Source: Vicugna vicugna (Eukaryota). Taken from it: a stretch of DNA of 46,213 nucleotides. The position numbers were made by a program, and so were the translations under genes. Each line of letters starts with the position of its first letter. Positions within the stretch are counted from its first letter, which is position 1. The stretch lies in assembly GCA_013265495.1 (NCBI GenBank), contig MU058259.1, positions 1-46,213 of the forward strand, given 5' to 3'. Positions 38,371-46,213 of this stretch are shown here, piece by piece. Under the pieces are notes generated by a model that worked only from the letters and a program-made list of their open reading frames with translations, did no database searches and was not told where the DNA came from.

Positions 38371-38490
38371 AAATGTTGGTCAAAGCAGAAACCAGCTTGG
38401 AAAATAACACTCAGATGATGAATTACCCATCTTTCTTGGAAAATGTCAGTGATCAAGATGCTTCATGTTTCTTCATCCCTCCCAGTTTGG
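38371..38490 (+). pseudogene. Repeat exon R6 with open frame but mutated donor (EMLVKAETSLENNTQMMNYPSFLENVSDQDASCFFIPPSL)
   Basis: Acceptor cctatag| is intact and the 120 nt are open, but the donor reads gggagt instead of gtgagt at 38491-38496. Confidence 0.65.
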
Positions 38491-39686
38491 GGGAGTTTGA
38501 AATGATACATATTACATGTAACACTACTTAATCTAGACTTATTATCACCCTTAATGTAAGCTAGTGGTAGCTTTTCCTAATTAAAAGTTAATTTTAATTA
38601 ATTAATTTAAAATTAAAAGTTTCATTTTAAGAAAATTCTAGCTACACATGCAAATTGTAAAAACAATGCAGAGATCTTGTGTGCTTTTACCTAATTTCCC
38701 CCCAGAGATAACATCTTGCAAAACTGTAGTGCAATATCAAACCAGGCTATAGACATTGATAAAATCCAGATTTTATTGAGATGTCTTCAGTTTTATTTGT
38801 ACTTGTGTGTGTGTATGTGTATTCAGTTTTATATAATGTCATGATATGAGTATGTTTTCATATCCTCTATCACAGTCAAGATTCAGAACTTTTTCATCAC
38901 CACAAGGATCTCCCTATTGCCCTTTAAAACCACACCAACCCTTCTCCTCTCATGCTCCCATCTCTACTCTGCCTTCTCCCTGCTCTTGGCAGCCACTAAT
39001 ATGCTTTTCTTCTTTATAATTTTATTATTTCAAGAGTTTTACATAGACTCACATAATATGTAACCTTTTGGGGATGCCTATTTTCATTCACCGTAGTTCC
39101 CTGGAGATTCATCTAAATTGCTGTGTATATCAGTAGTTCTTTCCTTTTTATTGTTGAGTACTATTCCATGGTATGGGCATACCATAGTTTGTCTATTTGT
39201 TCACCAGTTGAAGGAAATCTGGGTTGTTTCCAGTTTTGGGCTATTTGGAGTAAAGCTATTATGAACGCTCACGTATAGGTTTCTGTATGAACATCAGTTT
39301 TTATTTCTCTGGGATAACACCCAAAAGCACATTACTGGGTCCTGTGGTAATAGTAAGTTGAGTTTTGTAAAATACTGCCAAGCTGTTTTCCAGTGTAGCT
39401 GTACCATTTTACATTCCCACCAGCCATGTATGAGTGATCTAGTTTCTCTGCATGTGTATTTCTGCTCTTTCTATTGTTCTTTATTCCTTCCTCATGCTCC
39501 AAGATTCCTTCTTCATCGTATCCTTTTCGTCAGAAGATTTTCCTTTAGCCATATTTTAAGGGTAAATCAGCAAGTGACAGTTTAAAAAAATTTTCCTTTG
39601 TCTGAGGATGTCTTTATTTCTCCTTTATTCCTGAAGGATAGTTTTGCCTAAAATAAAAATCACAATTGAGATTTCTTGTCCTTCAG

Positions 39687-39831
39687 CACTGAAAAATGTT
39701 TTACTTATCAAAATGTTGTTCAAACATCCAGCGCAGAAATGAATTGAGATAATGAATTACCCAACTTTAATAGAAAATGACACCAACCAAGATACTGATT
39801 CAGAATCTTTTCTTCCTCACTCCTGGTTTTG
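39687..39831 (+). pseudogene. Decayed repeat exon R7 (pseudoexon)
   Basis: The homologous core MNYPTLIENDTNQDT is visible. The proximal AG is lost (atcaaa), the frame from the cttcag| acceptor hits TGA, and frameshifts are present. The donor gtgagt is retained. Confidence 0.7.
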
Positions 39832-41814
39832 GTGAGTTTAAAATGATATCTATTATGAGTAGCACTCTAATCTAGGTCCATCAGGATTCTTAATATTAAT
39901 TCATAGTGGTAGCTTTTTCAAAATTAAACTTTCTATCATGAGATACTTCAGAATCACATGTAGTTGCAATAATACAGAGAGATCGTGTGTACCTAATATC
40001 TCCCAATAGTAATAATATTTTGCAAAAATACAGTAAATCATCATAATTAAGATTTTGATATTGATATGATCCACAAATCTATTCAGTTGTCCCCAGCTTT
40101 ACTTATATTCATAATATAAGTGTGTGTGTCTGTGTGTGTGTAGTCCTCTGCACTTTTGTGATGTGTTTAGGTTCAGGCATTCACCATTGCAGTCATGATA
40201 CAGAACTGTTCCATCACTTTCAGAGTCCTTTTCTGGCTTTTTATAACCACACCTACCTTCTTCATGTCATCCCTTCACTGGCTTCATCCCTAACCCATCC
40301 AAATACTAATGTGTTCCCTCTTTTTAATTTTTTTATTGCAAGACTGTGTCCTGTTAATGGACTCATATAGTACATGACATTTGAAGATTGCCTTTTTTCA
40401 CTTAGCATAATTCCTTGGAGATTCATCCAAGTTGCTGCATATGTCAGTAGTTCTTCCTTTTTATTACTGGGTACTGTTCCATGGAATGGGTGTACCATGA
40501 TTTGTTTATCTGTTCACCTATTGAAGGACATCTAAGTTGTTTTAGCTATTAGGAGTAAAGTTACTGTGAACACTCACATGCAGGTTTTTGTGTGAGTATA
40601 AGTTTTCATTTATTTATGATAAACGCCCAAAAGTGCAGTTGCTGGGTAGTATGGTAATTGCATGTTTAGTTTTATAAGAAACTAGCAAACTATTTCCAGA
40701 ATGACTGTCCGATTTTATTCCAGTAATGTGTAAGTGACTCAGTTTCTCTGCATCTTTACCAGCATTTGGGTTTTCACTATTTTTTTTTTATTTTATCCAT
40801 TCTGGTAGTTGTATAGTAATACTTCATTGTGGATTTAATATGCATTTGCCTTTGGATAATGATGTAGAACATCTTTACATGTGCTAATTTTCCATGTTTT
40901 TATTCTTTTCTCTGAAATATCTGTTCCTGTCTTCTTGAAATTTTGTTTTACTGCTGAGTTTGGAGAGTTGTTTAGATATTTGTATATACTAGTTTTTTTG
41001 TTGGATAAGTGGTTTGCAAATATTTTCTTCCTGTCTGCAGCTTGCCTTTTCATCCTCTCTATAGGTGTTTTGTTTTATTTTTTCAGAGAGGAAGTTTTTA
41101 ATTTTCATGAGGTTCAAATTATCAACTTTTCCTTTTGGACTGTACTTTTGGTATAGAGTCTATGAACTCTTTGTTTAGTCCTTGATCCCCAATTTTTTTC
41201 TCTCTTTTTTTTTTTAGGCCTATGGCTATCCAATTGCTGCAGTACTGTCTTTTGAGTGGCTGTCTTTCCTCCACTGAATTGCTTTTATACCTTAATAAAA
41301 AATCAATTATGCATATTTGTGTAGGTCTATTTCTGGGTTCTGTATTGCATTCCATTGATCTATGTTACTGTCCCCCTGCCAAACCACAATCTCGTGATTA
41401 CTGTTGTTATACAGTAAGCCTTGACATCAGGTAGAATGATTCCTTCTACTTTATTCTTCTTTTTCAAAATCATTTTTAACTATTCTACATCCTGTGCCTT
41501 TCCATTCTAATTTTAGAGTAAGCTTGTTTATGTTTCAAAAAAAACTTTGCTGGGATTTTGATAGGAAGTGTGTTAAACCTACAGATCAACTTGAGAATTG
41601 ACATATTTAGTTTATTGAGTCTTCTCATCCATGAGCATTGTATGTTGCATGTATTTACTAAGATCTTTGATTTTTATGATCATTTTGTAATTTTCAGGAT
41701 ATAGGCCCTATACATTTTTTAAAAATAAATTTTTACCTAAGTATCTCATTTTTGGGGAGATGTTGTAAATAGTATTATGTTTTTAATTTTGGTTACACAT
41801 GTTCTTTGTTAGTA

Positions 41815-42028
41815 CAGTTGACCCTTGAACAACATGGCTTTGAACTGTGTGAGCCCACTTACATGTGAATTTCTTTCAATAACTACTATAGTACTATACA
41901 ATCTGAGGTCAGTTGAATCTGCAGATGTGGAACCACAGATACAACCACCATCTATAAAGTAATATGTAGATTTTTGACTTCAGGGAGAATCAGTGCCCCT
42001 AAACCTCACATTGTTCAAGGGTCAACTG
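41815..42028. mobile_element. Tigger2/MER8-like MITE (TcMar-Tigger)
   Basis: Perfect 18-bp terminal inverted repeats CAGTTGACCCTTGAACAA, flanked by TA at 41813-41814 and 42029-42030. Confidence 0.9.
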
Positions 42029-42468
42029 TATATAGAAGTAAGTTTGATTTTTGAATGTTGATCTTGTATTATGTGAGTTTGCTGAACTCACTTATTAGTT
42101 TTAGGAGTATTTTCTTGGCAGTTCCTTCGGATTTTCTACATAGCCATCCTTTTTATACTATGCCATCTGCAAATAGGGACTATTATATTTTTTCCTGTCC
42201 AATCTGTATGCTTTATATTCCTTTTTTCTTGCATTATTGCAGTGGCTAGAACTTCCTGTGTTATGTTGAATAAGAGTGGTGAGAATGGGTATCCTTGCCT
42301 TGTTTCTGATCTTAGGGGAAAAGCATTTAGTCTTTCACCATTTAATATGATGTTAACTCTTGGCTTTGATAGATGATCTTTATTAAGTTGAGGTAGTTTC
42401 CCTCTCTTCCTAACTTGCTGAGAGTTTTTATTATGAATGGGTATTGGATTTTGTCAAGTGCTTTTTCT

Positions 42469-42475
42469 TTCTTTT

Positions 42476-42511
<36 letters not shown>

Positions 42512-43497
42512 AAATTGAAGTATAGTCAGTTTGCAATGTTGTGTCAATTTCTGGTGTACAGCATAATGCTTCAGTCATACATGAACATACATATATTCAT
42601 TTTCATATTCTTTTCCACTATAGGTTACTACAAGATACTGAATATAGTTCCTTGTGCTATAAACTTGTTGTTTATCTATTTTACATATATTAGTTAGCAT
42701 CTGCAAATCTCAAACTCCCAATTTATCCCTTCCCATCTCATCTCCTCCATGGTAACCATAAGTTTGTTTTCTATATCTGTGAGTCTGTTTCAGTTTTGTA
42801 AATAAGTTTGTTTGTCTTTTTTTAAGATTCTACATATAAGTGTTATCATATGGTATTTTTCTTTCTCTTTCTAGCTTACTTCACTTAGAATGACAATCTT
42901 CAGGTCCATCCATGTTGCTGCAAATGGCATTATCTTATTTTTTTATGGCTGAGTGGTATTCTATTGTATAAATATACCACAGCTTCTTTATCCAGTCCTC
43001 TGTCAATGGATATTTAGGTTGTTTTCATGTCTTGGCTATTGTAAATAGTGCTGCTGTCAAAACTGGGGTGCAGGTATCTTTTCAAGTTAGAGTTCCCTCC
43101 AGATATATGCCCAAGAGTGGGATTACTGGATCATACAGTAAGTCTCTTTTTAGTCTTTTGCGGATTCTCCATACTGTTTTCCATAATGGCTGCACCAAAC
43201 TACATTCCCACCAGCAGTGTAGGAGGGTTCCCTTTTCTCCACAGCCTCTCCAGCATTTATCATTTGTGGACTTTTGAATGATGGCCATTCTGACTGGTGT
43301 GAGATGATACCTCATTGTAGTTTTGATTTGCATTTCTCTGATAATTAGTGATACTGAGCATTTTTTCATGTGCCTGTTGGCCATTTGTATGTCTTCATTT
43401 GGAGGATTGCTTGTTTAGGTCTTCTGCCCAGTTTTGGATTGGGTTGTTTGTTTTTTATTATTAATTGTATGAGCTGTTTATATTTTCTGAAAGTTGG
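42469..43497 (-). mobile_element. Younger 5'-truncated L1 nested in the old L1, with (TG)n(TA)n tail
   Basis: ORF 43082-43384 is a well-preserved L1 ORF2 C-terminus. TSD caagtgctttttct at 42455-42468 and 43498-43511. Confidence 0.9.
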
Positions 43498-45075
43498 CAA
43501 GTGCTTTTTCTATGTCAATGATCACATGGTTTTTCTTCTTTGGCCTGTTGATATGATGGATTATATTGATAGGTTTTCCAGTATTGAACCAGCCTTGCAT
43601 ACCTAGATTAAATCCCACTTGGTCATGGTGTATAATTCTTTGAGTACATTATTGATTTGGTTTGCACATATTGATTAAGAATTTTTGAGTCCAAGTTCAT
43701 GGAAAATATTGGTTTGTATTTTTCTTTTTGTGTACTATCTCTGATTTTGGCATCAGAGCATATTAGCCTCATAAAATGAATAAGGGTTTCCTCTTCTATT
43801 TTATGGAGGATTAAATGAAAAGTTAGTGTTTTTTTTAATGTTTGGTAAAGATCTCCAGTAAAATCATTTTTAATTGCAAATTTAATTTCTTTTTTGACTA
43901 TTTAGATTATCTACATCATCTTGGTTGAGTTTTAGTATTTGTAATTCTGCAAGAATTGGTCCATTTCTTTTAAGTTATCAAATTTATGAGTGTAAAGTAG
44001 ATTGTAGTATTCCCTATTATCCTTTTAGTGGCTGCTGGATCTGTTGTGATACCACGTTTCATTCCTGATATTGATGATTTGCATCATCTCTTTTTATTTT
44101 TGTAAGTCTTTCTAGAGTTTTTTTAGCTTTATTAATCTTTTTGAGTTACTACCTTTTGCTTCATTGATTTTCCTATTTTTTCATATTTTCAGTTTCATTG
44201 ACTTCTGCTTTTATTATTTCATTTTTTTGCTTATTTTGGGTTTCTTTTACTTTTCTTCTCTTGAGTTTGGTGTAGGAACTTAGATTATAGATTTGAGACC
44301 TTTCCTCTTTTCTGATGTAAGCATTTAGTAGTATAAATTTCACTTTCAGTACTGCTTTAAGTTGCATCCCATATGTTTTGATGTGTTGTACTTTCATTAA
44401 GTCCTGTGTATTTTATTATGTCCTTGGACATTTTCTCTTTGATACATGTGTTATTTAGAAGTATGTGCTTGATTTCTAAGTGTTTAAAGATTTCCTTATA
44501 TTTCTATTATTGATGTCTAATTCCATTATGGCCAGCAAATATACTGTATATGCTTTCATTTCTTGTACATTTGGTGATATTTTATTCTCTGGCTCAGGAT
44601 ATGGTCTATATTGGTGAATGATGCATAGGCATTTGACAAAACTATGTATTCTGCTTTTATTGGGTGGAATGTTCTTAAATGAGAACCTGTTCATTGATTA
44701 TGCTTTTCAGGTCTTTTATATCCTTGTTGATTTTTGGTCTGGTTGTTCCATCAGTTGCAGTTGTAGTTGCTGAAAGGAGGGTGTTGAGGTCCTCAAGCAT
44801 AATTATAGATTTTATTATTTTTCCTTTGAGTTCTTTCAGTTTTTGCTTCATGTGTTTTGAGACTCTGTTGCTCGGCATGTTGAGGATCATTATGTCTTCC
44901 TAGGGGTTGATGTTTTCTTCTTTATTTGTCTTTAGTAACTTTTTCTGCTCTGAAGTCTACTTTATCTGGTATCAGTATAGCTACTCTTTTTTTGTATTAA
45001 AATTTGCATGGTCTATATATTTTTCTATCTTTTTACTTTCAATCTGCCTGTATCATTGAATTTATAGATTTTCTT

Positions 45076-45210
45076 TTGTTTATTTTTAGAGGGTGGGTGG
45101 GAAGTAATTAGGTTTATTTATTTATTCTTAGAGGGGGTACTGGGGATTGAACCCAGGACCTCATGCATACTAAGCATGTGCTCTACCATTTGAGCTACAC
45201 CTTCTCCCCT
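45076..45210 (-). mobile_element. tRNA-Ala-derived vic-1-like SINE with TSD
   Basis: ggggattgaacccaggacctcatgcatactaagcatgtgctctacc matches the 8.5 kb copy. TSD tagattttctt at 45065-45075 and 45211-45221. Confidence 0.85.
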
Positions 45211-46213
45211 TAGATTTTCTTGTAAACAACTTACAGCTGGATCTTGTTTTTCACCCACTTTGTCATTTGCTGCCATTTATTTCATATGGTTAGATCATTT
45301 ACATTTAAGGTAATTATTGATATTATAGGGTTTAAGTCTACCATTGTATTATTTTTTCTTTGTTTCTTCTGTTTCTCTTTCTTGCCTTCCTATGGATTAC
45401 CTGAACATTTTCTAGTATTCCATCTTGATTTATTTGTTTTTGAGTGTATTGCTTCATATAGTTTTCCTAGTGGTTACTCTGGGTGTTATTATATATGTAT
45501 ATTACTTGTATATATATACATACACGTATGTTATATATATATAACATATGTATGTTACTTGTCAGTCTACTGGTATTAAAAGCTTACCAGTTAGAATGAA
45601 GTGTTGAAACTTTAATTATATGTAGGTTCCTTTGCCCTCCTAACTTTTATCTATCATTGTCTTAAGTGTTAGATGGTGTTTTAATTTTTATTTCAGTCAT
45701 TACATGTGAATTACAAAAGTCATGATAGTATTATACTTACCCATATTTCAGCTCTTTCTGTTCTTTTTTCCTTTTTATTGTTGAATAACACCCTATGATT
45801 TTGAATTTACCAGAGCTTGTTTAACCATTCACCTGTTGAAGGACCTCTGAGTTGTTTCCAGTTTTTGACTATTAAGAATAAATCTGCTAAGAACACTCAT
45901 GTGCAGGTTTTTGTGTCATCATGAGCTTTTATTTCTCATGATTTCTAAATGCCCAGGAATGAAATTGCTGTGTCATGTGGTAATTGCAGGTTTAGTTTTA
46001 TGAAACCTACAAACTATTTTCCAGTTTGGCTGTTCCATTTTACATCTCCCCCAGCAATGTATGAATGATTGAGTTTCTCTGCATGTATACTTCTACTTCA
46101 AAATTTTTCTGTTTTCCTTCCTGATGCTCCAAGATTCCTTCTGTCATCATAACCTTTCTGTTTGAAGATCTTCCTTTAGCCATTCTTTAGAGTCGGTCTG
46201 CTTTTTTTTTTTT

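Larger units (their letters stand above)
29950..39920 (+). repeat. Intragenic tandem array of exon-plus-L1 units (8 donor-bearing copies)
   Basis: The motif TTT(T)G|gtgagtttgaaatg...tagca...atctagat, with small variants, recurs at exon ends 30055, 31242, 32707, 34029, 35491, 37166, 38490 and 39831. Spacing is 1187-1675 nt and the intervening sequences are alignable. Confidence 0.92.
39920..45770 (-). mobile_element. Long old L1 (3' UTR through ORF2) with nested insertions
   Basis: Continuous antisense L1 text. Minus ORFs resemble ORF2 (MKRQAADRKKIFANH; KAVLKVKFILLNAYIRKEERSQI; DLNTLLS...KINKDIKDL). Confidence 0.85.

Noticed and set aside
43082..43384. Intact-looking L1 ORF2 C-terminal ORF
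   Set aside because: It is part of a ~1-kb 5'-truncated insertion and cannot be an active element.

Overview
Mammalian genomic DNA, most likely camelid because it carries tRNA-Ala-derived vic-1-like SINEs. It is not prokaryotic, and most ORFs in the supplied track are spurious or are fragments of L1 elements. The window holds the CpG-island promoter and the 5' coding part of a + strand spliced gene that I recognise, from recall of the human protein, as BEND2, an X-linked BEN-domain meiotic chromatin regulator. The exons I can join in frame through GT-AG junctions are 9293-9308, 12495-12668, 18884-19017, 29043-29147, 29650-30055, 31117-31242, 32597-32707, 33904-34029 and 35378-35491, about 437 codons. 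The BEN-domain exons lie beyond the window end. The most striking structure is an intragenic tandem array at about 29.9-40 kb. It has eight copies of a unit with a core of about 1.2-1.35 kb, made of a symmetric phase 1-1 peptide-repeat exon, a conserved donor tail and an internally deleted antisense L1 that supplies a splice acceptor. Four stand-alone repeat exons are intact and three are decayed (stops, frameshifts or lost splice sites). The rest of the window is L1, L2, MIR, LTR and DNA-transposon remnants, several with clear target-site duplications (TSDs).
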